Shown here in pieces: positions 56,026 to 64,000 of a stretch of 64,000 nucleotides of DNA. This stretch comes from Sedimentisphaerales bacterium (lineage in GTDB: Bacteria > Planctomycetota > Phycisphaerae > Sedimentisphaerales > Anaerobacaceae). Every line of letters starts with the position of its first letter. Position 1 is the stretch's first letter. The stretch spans positions 768,001 through 832,000 of the forward strand of contig JAXGYC010000007.1 in the NCBI GenBank assembly GCA_040772485.1. Reading direction: 5' to 3'. A program made the translations under genes and the position numbers. Under the pieces are notes generated by a model. That model saw only the letters and a list, made by a program, of their open reading frames with translations, had not been told where the DNA came from and did not search any database.

Positions 56026-58176
56026 TCACTGAGAGGTTGGTTCCCTGAATCCGGCATCGCCGCCCGGGCCGTCGGGCCCGGCCGATTTCAGCTCGGCCCG
56101 AAGCCGATCCACCCGCTCGCTGACATCCTTGTACCCGAAATCGAGCTGGGCGATCCTCCGATACAACTCCAGCGCCCGGTCCCGGTCACCCTGCGACTCG
56201 TGCGCCAGGGCGAGATTATACCGCAATTCTTTGGCGATTGCATCATCTTTTATTTCGTAGGAATCGATGGCGCGGGAAAAAACATCGATGGCGTCGGCGT
56301 ACCAGCCCTTCATGAAGAAGCAGTAGCCGATCTTGTCCATGGCGGAGATCCGGCGGCGCGGGTCCTTCTGGGCGTCCTGGAACAGCGGAATGGCCTCATT
56401 GTAGCGCTCGTTCCGCATCAGCCGCAGCCCGTATTCGTATTTGGCGGACAGGTCTGTGGGGTAGTTCTCCACGCAAAGCCGGTAATGCTCCAGCTCCGTG
56501 CGGGCGAGGACCTCGGTCAGTTCCCTGACGCCGGCCTGGACCGCAGCATCGGACGGTTCGGCCTTTAGCTGCTTCTTGGCGGCCCGGAGCCTGCGCCGGC
56601 CCTGGCGGATGCGGAGCAGGCCCGCCCGCTCGGCGAATCGAAAGTCCTTGTGGCTCTCGGCCGCGTCGCTGAGCAACTGGATCGCCTCGTTTTCGGCGTC
56701 ATCCTGCTCCAAATCCGCCAAGGCATCGGCCAGATTGAAGACATTCTGGGCCACGTCCGGGTCCTTGGCGTAGGCCCGCCGGGCCTCCTCGACGGCGCTG
56801 AGCCGGTAGTCCTCTGTCTTGATCATCCGGTCCTGGGCGTACAGTCTGGCCTGTGTCTCGCGGTCCCGGATCGACTGGCGGAAGTCGCCCTCGACGCCGT
56901 ACTTGCCCTTGGACATCGTCAATTCGGCCGAGAGGTTCTTGAACTCGTCGGCCAGCTCCTTGTCGTCGGGCTTCATCCGCACGGCCCGCTGGCAGGCCGC
57001 CACCGCCTTGTCGTACTGCCCCATCGCCTTGTAACAGTCCTTCAACAGGATATAGGTCTGTAGGGAAGGTTTCTCGATGGCGTTGTTGGTCTGGAAGATC
57101 AGATTGGCGATCCAGTGTGCTGTTCGGTGGTACCCACCATCCACCGCCGCCTTGAGCATCGCTTCGGCGTAGGGTGTATGATCGGGGTCTTTCGCGAACA
57201 GATACTCGGCGTTGAGCATCTGTTCGAGCGGAGTTCTGCCACGCAAACGCCTGACCCGCTCGACCACGGAAGGCTTCTTGCCCCCCCGCCCTCGTCGCTG
57301 TAGCCCCAGCTCACACAAGGGCAGGTGTCCCTCCTCGAGCGCATCGGGCGCCCGCTGAAGACCTTCGAGGTACATCTCGATCGCGTAGTCGTAGTTCTTG
57401 CTCTCCGCGGCGCTGCGCGCCTTCTCAAAGAACGCCCTGGCGGCGGCCAGGTCACCCTGGTCCGACGGGGCGGCCGGGACAGACTCCTCCTGTTCTGCTC
57501 CCGCCGGGTCCTGAGCCTGAGGCGGGCGCGCCGCATTGACACGAGTCCGCTGGGGTCGCGCCTTGGTGGCGCCTGATACGGCGACCGGCGCGCCGGTGCC
57601 GGCGCGTCTGGCAGCCCCAAGCTTGCCGGCCAGGCGTTTGAGGTCTTCCGCCAGCATGAGATCATCAGGCTTGAGCCGTGCGGCACGCTGGCAGGCGGCC
57701 ACGGCGCGCTCGATCTGCCCGATCGCCTCGTAGGAATCTTTCAGCAGGATATAGACAGCCGCCGAGGGCTTGCGGGCATTGTTGTTGGCCAGGAACATCA
57801 GGTCCGCCATCCACTTGACCGTTTCGGTGTATCGACCCGCAACGGCGGCGCGTAGCACCGCTTCTCCGTAGGCCAGGTGCTGAGGGTCCTTGGCGAGAAG
57901 GTACTCGGCGTTGAGCATCTTCTCCAGCGGCGTGTCACCCTCTGAGAGCTTCTGCTCGACCTCCTCGGCCGATGGCCTGGCCCCGCCCCGCTCGTCGCGC
58001 CGCAGGGCCAGGACACGAAGATCTATGTGGCCGCCCTCGACCGTGTCGGGACTGTGGCGCAATCCCGCCAGATACGCATCGATGGCCCGGTCGAAATCGC
58101 CCGCCTCAAAAGCCTGGCGAGCTCGTTCGAAGTGGGCCTCGGCCTGCGCTTGTGCTTGAGCATCCGGTTCGGGCAT
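56026..58176 (-). CDS. Tetratricopeptide-repeat protein with a duplicated N-terminal module
   Basis: TPR-like helices (YDYAIEMYLEGL, YNEAIPLFQ, LRYNLA..A..LY..I...DFGYKDV); roughly 175-aa internal duplication. Confidence 0.88.
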   Translation of the reverse strand: MPEPDAQAQAQAEAHFERARQAFEAGDFDRAIDAYLAGLRHSPDTVEGGHIDLRVLALRRDERGGARPSAEEVEQKLSEGDTPLEKMLNAEYLLAKDPQHLAYGEAVLRAAVAGRYTETVKWMADLMFLANNNARKPSAAVYILLKDSYEAIGQIERAVAACQRAARLKPDDLMLAEDLKRLAGKLGAARRAGTGAPVAVSGATKARPQRTRVNAARPPQAQDPAGAEQEESVPAAPSDQGDLAAARAFFEKARSAAESKNYDYAIEMYLEGLQRAPDALEEGHLPLCELGLQRRGRGGKKPSVVERVRRLRGRTPLEQMLNAEYLFAKDPDHTPYAEAMLKAAVDGGYHRTAHWIANLIFQTNNAIEKPSLQTYILLKDCYKAMGQYDKAVAACQRAVRMKPDDKELADEFKNLSAELTMSKGKYGVEGDFRQSIRDRETQARLYAQDRMIKTEDYRLSAVEEARRAYAKDPDVAQNVFNLADALADLEQDDAENEAIQLLSDAAESHKDFRFAERAGLLRIRQGRRRLRAAKKQLKAEPSDAAVQAGVRELTEVLARTELEHYRLCVENYPTDLSAKYEYGLRLMRNERYNEAIPLFQDAQKDPRRRISAMDKIGYCFFMKGWYADAIDVFSRAIDSYEIKDDAIAKELRYNLALAHESQGDRDRALELYRRIAQLDFGYKDVSERVDRLRAELKSAGPDGPGGDAGFREPTSQ

Positions 58177-58363
58177 AGCGGCAAGTGGATTATCACCTCA
58201 CATGGTATACAACTAACCAACTGTAGTATTCGACCTGATTTTGTCAACGAATAAATGCTTGCGTCTGCCATACCCCCCGCGTTATAAGAATTCGTTCGCC
58301 GGTTATCTGACCTTGCGGGGTTACAGCCGCCACGATGGACACGTCATTTAGGAAGAAGCAGGT

Positions 58364-59635
58364 ATGCAAACGGCTCTGGAGCAGTACGACCCTCAGATCT
58401 ACGAGCTGATTCGGCAGGAAGAGGCCCGACAGAGCGGCTCGATTCGGCTGATCCCCTCGGAGAACTACGTCTCGCGCGCCGTAATGATGGCCAGCGCGAG
58501 CTGTCTGACGAACAAGTACGCCGAAGGCTATCCCGGCAAACGCTACTACGAAGGCCAGCAGGTCACGGACCTGATTGAGAAACTGGCCCAGGACCGGGCC
58601 AAGGCGCTGTTCAAAGCCGATCACGCCAACGTCCAGCCCTACTCGGGCTCGGTGGCGAACCTGGCCGCCTACGCGGCGCTGATCGAGCCGGGTGACACAA
58701 TCATGGGCATGTCTCTGTCCCACGGTGGACACCTGACCCACGGCTGGAAGGTCTCTCTGACGAGCAAGTTCTACAATTCCGTCCCCTACTACGTGAACAC
58801 CGAGACCGGTGTGCTCGATTACGACGCCATTCGCGACCTCGCCAAGAAGCACCGTCCGAAGATCATCATCTCCGGGGCCACCGCCTATCCGAGAATCATC
58901 GACTTCGACATCTTCGGCCAGATCGCCAAAGAGGTCGGAGCGTTCCTCGTCAGCGACATCGCCCATATCGCGGGCCTGGTGGTCGCGGGCATCCACAAGA
59001 GCCCCGTGCCGTACGCGGACATCGTCTCGACGACGACCCACAAGACCCTGCGCGGTCCGCGCGGGGGCCTGCTGTTGTGCAAGGCCGAGCACGCCGCCAA
59101 GGTGGACAAGGCGGTCTTCCCCGGTCTCCAGGGCGGCCCGCACATGCATACGCTGACCGCGATCGCCGTGGCCATGGCCGAGGCCAACACGCCGGAATTC
59201 GTCGCCTATGCCACGCAGGTCGCCAGGAACGCCAAGGCGATGGCGAATAAGCTGCTCGAACATGGCTTCAAGCTGGTCACCGGAGGGACCGATAACCACC
59301 TGATCCTCATCGATCTGCGGAACAAGGAGATCCCGGGCAAGAAGCTGGCCAAGGCCCTGGACAGGGCGCGGATCGTCAGCAACTACAATACCGTCCCGGG
59401 CGACCCGGCCCCGCCGTTCAACCCCAGCGGCCTGAGGATCGGAACCCCGGCAATCACCACGCGGGGGATGAAAGAGCCGGAGGCCGAACAGATCGCGACC
59501 TTCATTCACCGGGTGGCCGAGAGCATCGACAACGAATCCGTCATCGAGCAGATCGGCAAAGAGGTCCTGTTGTTGTGCTCCCGGTTCCCGGTGCCCGAGC
59601 ACTTCATCATACCGCCGAAGAACGGACATCGGTGA
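58364..59635 (+). CDS. glyA: Serine hydroxymethyltransferase
   Basis: LIPSENY, NKYAEGYPGKRYY, NVQPYSGS, HGGHLTHG, TTTHKTLRGPRGG, GGTDNHL. Confidence 0.98.
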   Translation: MQTALEQYDPQIYELIRQEEARQSGSIRLIPSENYVSRAVMMASASCLTNKYAEGYPGKRYYEGQQVTDLIEKLAQDRAKALFKADHANVQPYSGSVANLAAYAALIEPGDTIMGMSLSHGGHLTHGWKVSLTSKFYNSVPYYVNTETGVLDYDAIRDLAKKHRPKIIISGATAYPRIIDFDIFGQIAKEVGAFLVSDIAHIAGLVVAGIHKSPVPYADIVSTTTHKTLRGPRGGLLLCKAEHAAKVDKAVFPGLQGGPHMHTLTAIAVAMAEANTPEFVAYATQVARNAKAMANKLLEHGFKLVTGGTDNHLILIDLRNKEIPGKKLAKALDRARIVSNYNTVPGDPAPPFNPSGLRIGTPAITTRGMKEPEAEQIATFIHRVAESIDNESVIEQIGKEVLLLCSRFPVPEHFIIPPKNGHR

Positions 59636-59768
59636 GACATCCGGCAAGAGTGCGGCGGGATGGAAATGTAAATCGGCGAATGATGTCGCCTGGTCTGAGA
59701 CGTGGTTGGTATGCGCGTGGCTTCCGGTCCTTCGCGAACAGAGCCGTCGATCACACGTAGCGTAACAC

Positions 59769-60866
59769 ATGGCAGAACAAATGTTGACAGCGGGCATCCT
59801 CGGCTTGGGCGGGACCGGACACCTTCTTCTGGAGTCGGCTCGACAGACCGGGCAGTTCCTCATCAAAGCCGTCGCGGATCAAGACCAGCAGCAGGTAGAA
59901 AAGACCGCTGCCGAGCTTCCGTGCGAGCCCTACACCGACTACCGGCAGATGATCGTTCAGAATCAACTCGACTGTCTTCTGGTCGCCACCGACATCCATC
60001 TCTGCGACGAGCACCTCAAAACGGCGATCCGAAAGAAGTTCCACGTGCTGAAGCTGGCCCCGCCCGCCAGGGATTACGAAGAGGCGCTTGAGTACGTCCA
60101 GATGGCGGAGTACGAGAAGGTCCGGTTCGCCATCGGCAATCCGGCCAGATTTCAGTCCAGCTACCTGGCCGCCCATGAGTTGATCGCCCAGGGACAGATC
60201 AAGAACGTGTTTCTCGTCACGGCCTACAGTGAAGCCGCAGACGTCGATCGGCCCGCCTGGCAGAGCGATCCCCGGCTGGCCGGAGGGGGCGTGCTGCTGC
60301 ACGATTGTCACCAGATCGTCGATCAGATCCTCTGGAACTTCTCTCTGCCTCAGCAAGTCTATGCCCTGACAACCAATCAGGCCCCCGACAAACAACAGCG
60401 GTTGTACCTGACGGAAGACACGGCGGTGATTTCCATGAAGTTCACCGACGCCCTGACCGCCAGCATCGTCGCCACGCGACGGAGCGATCAGGGCCCGACC
60501 CGAAGGGGCTTGCAGGTCTACGGCAAGGAGGCTCGCCTGACGATCACGGACAATCGGGTGATCCTCAGCACCGACTCCGGCCTGGACGATCAGGTCTGGC
60601 AATTCGAGGAAACCGAGCAGGACGCCATGCAGAGGCTGTTGTCCAGTTTCGCCCGGAGCGTTCGCGACCCGTCGGAGCACCCGCTGGCCAGCAGCGGCGC
60701 CGAGAACCTCAAGAACATGGCCGTGTTCGAATCCGCCTACCTGTCGGCGCGAACGGGTTTCCCCGAGGAGCCCATGCGAATCCTACAGATCACGCGAAAC
60801 GCCTCCGGCGCCGCCAGTCTCTCCGGCGCCGACATCGTCGCATACATACGCGATGCCGCATCGTGA
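59769..60866 (+). CDS. Gfo/Idh/MocA-family oxidoreductase-like protein (degenerate active site)
   Basis: GILGLGGTG Rossmann motif, YTDY..M..LD, W..DP.LAGGGVL, EDTA; canonical EKP motif is absent. Confidence 0.85.
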   Translation: MAEQMLTAGILGLGGTGHLLLESARQTGQFLIKAVADQDQQQVEKTAAELPCEPYTDYRQMIVQNQLDCLLVATDIHLCDEHLKTAIRKKFHVLKLAPPARDYEEALEYVQMAEYEKVRFAIGNPARFQSSYLAAHELIAQGQIKNVFLVTAYSEAADVDRPAWQSDPRLAGGGVLLHDCHQIVDQILWNFSLPQQVYALTTNQAPDKQQRLYLTEDTAVISMKFTDALTASIVATRRSDQGPTRRGLQVYGKEARLTITDNRVILSTDSGLDDQVWQFEETEQDAMQRLLSSFARSVRDPSEHPLASSGAENLKNMAVFESAYLSARTGFPEEPMRILQITRNASGAASLSGADIVAYIRDAAS

Positions 60867-60970
60867 GAACCCCGCCGCGGTCCATCGAGCAAAGCAGGAT
60901 ACGCAACCCGTGGATGCTGAAAGACCGGTCACATCCAGCACCCCTGTGCCTCCGCCGCCCCAACAAGTAT

Positions 60971-60999
60971 TTGACAGACGTCCCACACCGGGGTATGTT
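60971..60999 (+). promoter_or_regulatory. Putative sigma70 promoter
   Basis: TTGACA-17 bp-TATGTT upstream of 61095. Confidence 0.6.
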
Positions 61000-61094
61000 T
61001 CGTCTCGGCAGTGTCGATGAGACGGCCTCAATCGGCAAGACCGTGTGGACAGGATCGACCAGAGGCGCCTAATTCCAGTCGGGAGGTTTGAGCC

Positions 61095-61508
61095 ATGAAG
61101 AACCTGATTTACGGCGGTATCATCGCGTTGTGTCTGATCGTGGCGGCAGTCGTCGTCTTCGCGACTCGATCGAGCGGTCCCGGCGGCATCGACAGTCTTT
61201 CCGACACGGCCCAGGTGTGGGTCGTGTGCACGGCCTGCAACGCCTCGTACCAGATGGGAGAGAAGGAATTCTACACGCAACTGAGAGACAGAACGGCGCA
61301 ACTGGCCAATCCGATGGCCCGGGCTCTGCTGACCTGCCAGAAATGCGGCAAAGACAGGGTCGTCAAGGCTGTCAAGTGCGACAAGTGCGGCGAGATCTTC
61401 CCCGAGGGGATCGTGTCCAACGACTTCGACGACCGATGCCCGAAGTGCAAGTTCAGCGCCACCGAGGAAAAGCGAAAAGCCAGCAAGGCAAAGGCAGACC
61501 AAGGTTGA
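61095..61508 (+). CDS. Membrane-anchored protein with four CxxC motifs (double zinc-ribbon-like)
   Basis: GGAGG RBS; N-terminal TM; CTAC, CQKC, CDKC, CPKC. Confidence 0.8.
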   Translation: MKNLIYGGIIALCLIVAAVVVFATRSSGPGGIDSLSDTAQVWVVCTACNASYQMGEKEFYTQLRDRTAQLANPMARALLTCQKCGKDRVVKAVKCDKCGEIFPEGIVSNDFDDRCPKCKFSATEEKRKASKAKADQG

Positions 61509-61618
61509 ACACTGCGTGCATCGCCTGACGGCACACGTGGCCATGCTGCCTGAAACAGAAGGGATATGCCCGCAGCTCGCAGCGGTGGCCCACACGCCTG
61601 CCGCCAGATCGAGATATG

Positions 61619-61645
61619 GAGCCGGCCCTTGCCGAGGGCCGGCTC
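61619..61645. terminator. Hairpin between convergent genes
   Basis: GAGCCGGCCCT-TGCCG-AGGGCCGGCTC, 11-bp perfect stem. Confidence 0.65.
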
Positions 61646-61654
61646 TTGGCATTT

Positions 61655-62494
61655 CTATGGAGTGTTCGGTTCCGCGACTTCGCCATGGTTCCGTCGCGAG
61701 GTCAGAACCTCGAGCACGTTCTGCTTGTATTCCTCCGTGCCCTTCTTCAATTCGCTGAACATCGCGTAGCGCCCACCGATTCGCTCCTCCAGATACGAAA
61801 TGCGACTTTCCGGGTTGGGGTGGGTGGAAAAGAACTCGATCGGTCGAACCGTCTGCAACTCCTGCAAGATCCGCATCGTCTCGACCATTCCGCTGGGATC
61901 GTAGCCTGCCTGAACCATGTAGGACAGTCCCACCAGATCGGCGTCCTTCTCATCGTCTCGGCTGTATTGCAGGGACAGGACGCCGCTGATGAAACCCGCC
62001 GCCCGGGTCACGTCGCCCGGGGCGTCGCCGATGGCCGCCGCCGCCACTAACGCCGTCATGCCGATCTGCCGGCTCATGGCCACCAGGGTATCTCGCGCGA
62101 CGACGTGGCCCACTTCGTGGCCCAATATCGCGGCCAATTGGGCCTCCGATTCGAGTTTCTCCAGGAGTCCGCTGGTGATGTAGACGTAGCCACCGGGAAC
62201 GGCAAAGGCGTTGATCCCTTTGTAGCGGACCGCCGTGAAGTGATAGGCAATGTCCGGCCGATGACAAACCCGCGCGATGCGCTGGCCGACGCGGTTGACG
62301 TAGCTCTGGAGATTCTCGTCCGTCAATCGCCCCCCCAAGGCTTTCTCGATCTGCGGCGCGTACTTGCGGCCCAGTTCCACGTCCTTCTCCGGGCCGAAGA
62401 ACATCAACTCCTCGTCCCCCGTGACTGGATTGACCGCGCAGCCGGCCAACATGACCGTCAATGCCGCACCCAACAGTGTCAATCCCGTTCTCAT
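61655..62494 (-). CDS. M48-family metalloprotease lipoprotein
   Basis: Lipobox LAGC then AVNPVTG; INAFAVPGG, LAAILGHEVGHV, YSRDDE..AD, FFSTHP. Confidence 0.93.
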   Translation of the reverse strand: MRTGLTLLGAALTVMLAGCAVNPVTGDEELMFFGPEKDVELGRKYAPQIEKALGGRLTDENLQSYVNRVGQRIARVCHRPDIAYHFTAVRYKGINAFAVPGGYVYITSGLLEKLESEAQLAAILGHEVGHVVARDTLVAMSRQIGMTALVAAAAIGDAPGDVTRAAGFISGVLSLQYSRDDEKDADLVGLSYMVQAGYDPSGMVETMRILQELQTVRPIEFFSTHPNPESRISYLEERIGGRYAMFSELKKGTEEYKQNVLEVLTSRRNHGEVAEPNTP

Positions 62495-62526
62495 GACCAG
62501 GACCTCTGGATTTCGCGAAGTTCCCG

Positions 62527-62554
62527 TTGAAAAGCCTGCAAAGCGCATTATAAT
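62527..62554 (+). promoter_or_regulatory. Putative sigma70 promoter of the rseC-rnf operon
   Basis: TTGAAA-16 bp-TATAAT. Confidence 0.55.
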
Positions 62555-62583
62555 CGCGGTTTTATCGTTTGGTAGTAGAAACC

Positions 62584-62874
62584 ATGGAACGCGCGGAGCC
62601 CTGTAAGGGCTGTAGTCAGGCACACGACTGCGCCGGAGTCTACGAGCGACTCGGCCATGCCGGGGGGCCTTCGGTGGCGTGGAAGGCGGTCATCGCTTTC
62701 GTGCTGCCCGTTGTCGCGTTTGTCGCGGCCCTGGCAACGTTCGACGGCCTGCTCGAACAGGCTGTAACGGAGCGGCACCGAACGCCCTGCGCATTCCTCA
62801 TGGCTCTGGCATTCGCCGTCGGCCTGACTGTGGCCACCAGTTTCCTGCTCCGACGATACGGTAAGAAGCGTTAG
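62584..62874 (+). CDS. RseC/MucC-like small membrane protein
   Basis: CKGC....C cysteine motif, A.IAFVLP and two TMs; directly upstream of rnfC. Confidence 0.7.
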   Translation: MERAEPCKGCSQAHDCAGVYERLGHAGGPSVAWKAVIAFVLPVVAFVAALATFDGLLEQAVTERHRTPCAFLMALAFAVGLTVATSFLLRRYGKKR

Positions 62875-62892
62875 TACTCGGATTGCGTCCAT

Positions 62893-64000
62893 ATGGCTAC
62901 CGATTCGCATGGCAGATCCACATTCGCTCGCGGGGTGCACCCGCCCGAGAGCAAGCACCTGACCGAAGACAGGCCGATCGAGCCGGGCCCAGGTGTTGCG
63001 GAGCTTTCAATCCTGCTCAGCCAGCACATCGGCGCGCCCTGCCAGGCAACCGTCAAGAAAGGCGACCTCGTGCAGGCCGGGCAGAAGGTCGGCGCGTGTC
63101 AGGCGTTCGTCTGCGCACCAGTGCATGCCCCGGTGGCGGGCAAGGTCAAGGAGCTGGCGCTGCGGCCGCATCCGGTGCTCGGACGCTGTCAGGCCATTGC
63201 CATCGAGCCGCAGGAACCCGCGTCGCCAACCCTGCCTTCGTTCAGCCTGCCCGCCGATTTCGACCCGAAGCGATTCACTCCGCAAGAGATTTGCGAGGCC
63301 GTCAGGGATGCCGGCCTGGTGGGCATGGGGGGAGCAGGGTTTCCCACCAGCGTGAAGATCCAGCCGGATGCGAAGCCCCCCAAGCACACCCTGCTCGTCA
63401 ACGGCTGTGAGTGCGAGCCCTATATCACGTGTGATTACCGCCTGATGCTCGAGTGGACCGATCAGGTCCTGGCCGGGATTCGGCTCGCGCAGCAGGCCTG
63501 CGGTGCATCGAAGGTCTTCATCGGCATCGAGGACAACAAGCCCAAAGCCATCGACGCAATGGGCGCGGCGATCCAGAGGGCCGGATCGGGCTCCGACATC
63601 CGCGTGGTGCCGCTACAAACCAAGTACCCACAGGGAGGCGAGCGGCAGCTCATCAACGCCGTGCTCGGCCAAACGGTCCCGACCGGGGGCATTCCTCCCA
63701 TGATCGGGGTCGTCGTGGTCAACGTGGCCACCGCGGCCGCCATCGCCGATGCCGTCCTCTACCATCGACCGCTGACTCATCGCGTCGTCACCGTCACCGG
63801 CGAAGCCATCGCCAAACCGGGCAACTACTACGTCGCCATCGGCACTCCTGTGGAGGCTCTCATCGAGTTCTGCGGAGGCGTGACTGAGAAGTCTGCCAAA
63901 GTCGTCATGGGCGGCCCGATGATGGGACTGGCCATCGCCGATCTGAGCACACCGATCACCAAGACCAGCGGCGCTGTGACCGTGCTGACTCGGCACCAGA
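62893..64000 (+). CDS. rnfC: Rnf/Rsx electron transport complex subunit C (3' end beyond the window)
   Basis: Read directly from the sequence (not in the ORF track because it has no stop): MATDSHGRSTFARGVHPPESK..QHIGAP..VHAPVAG..AGLVGMGGAGFPT..NGCECEPYITCD..KYPQGGE..GGPMMG. Confidence 0.95.
   Translation, partial: MATDSHGRSTFARGVHPPESKHLTEDRPIEPGPGVAELSILLSQHIGAPCQATVKKGDLVQAGQKVGACQAFVCAPVHAPVAGKVKELALRPHPVLGRCQAIAIEPQEPASPTLPSFSLPADFDPKRFTPQEICEAVRDAGLVGMGGAGFPTSVKIQPDAKPPKHTLLVNGCECEPYITCDYRLMLEWTDQVLAGIRLAQQACGASKVFIGIEDNKPKAIDAMGAAIQRAGSGSDIRVVPLQTKYPQGGERQLINAVLGQTVPTGGIPPMIGVVVVNVATAAAIADAVLYHRPLTHRVVTVTGEAIAKPGNYYVAIGTPVEALIEFCGGVTEKSAKVVMGGPMMGLAIADLSTPITKTSGAVTVLTRHQ

Noticed and set aside
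58270..58363. ZMP/ZTP or glycine riboswitch before glyA
   Set aside because: I could not find the consensus elements, and the leader is short.

Overview
High-GC bacterial chromosomal window. Gene content (H-X9-D[G/W] prepilin proteins, LamG/discoidin surface protein, ECF sigma factor with a long C-terminal extension, PL11 lyase, Rnf, flavodiiron protein) suggests an anaerobic planctomycete, probably Phycisphaerae; this is an inference. It has about 46 CDSs. Housekeeping genes are tsaE, thiL, argH, nagA, ltaE, secA, efp, rnr, rpsT, glyA and a partial rnfC. Also present are a type IV pilin/pseudopilin cluster, one intact IS4-family element (18-bp TIRs, 9-bp target duplication), several REP-like and short-unit palindromic repeats, and a FixLJ-like two-component pair. 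No rRNA, tRNA, CRISPR array, prophage or recognisable defence system was seen. The best candidates for an undescribed system are: (1) an operon of a DAACS symporter, an exported C69+M19 double-dipeptidase fusion and an exported C26 gamma-glutamyl hydrolase; (2) a propeller adhesin with six Lys/Asp/Asn isopeptide-type repeats followed by a beta-barrel; (3) a structured leader upstream of the major pilin; (4) an orphan PilZ / N-truncated PilB-GspE ATPase / prepilin module; (5) a membrane-tethered ECF-LRR sigma factor next to a HExxH protease; (6) a SecA with a five-fold repeated wing region. All family calls come from motif recognition, not database searches. Start codons were adjusted by eye from RBS and motif context.
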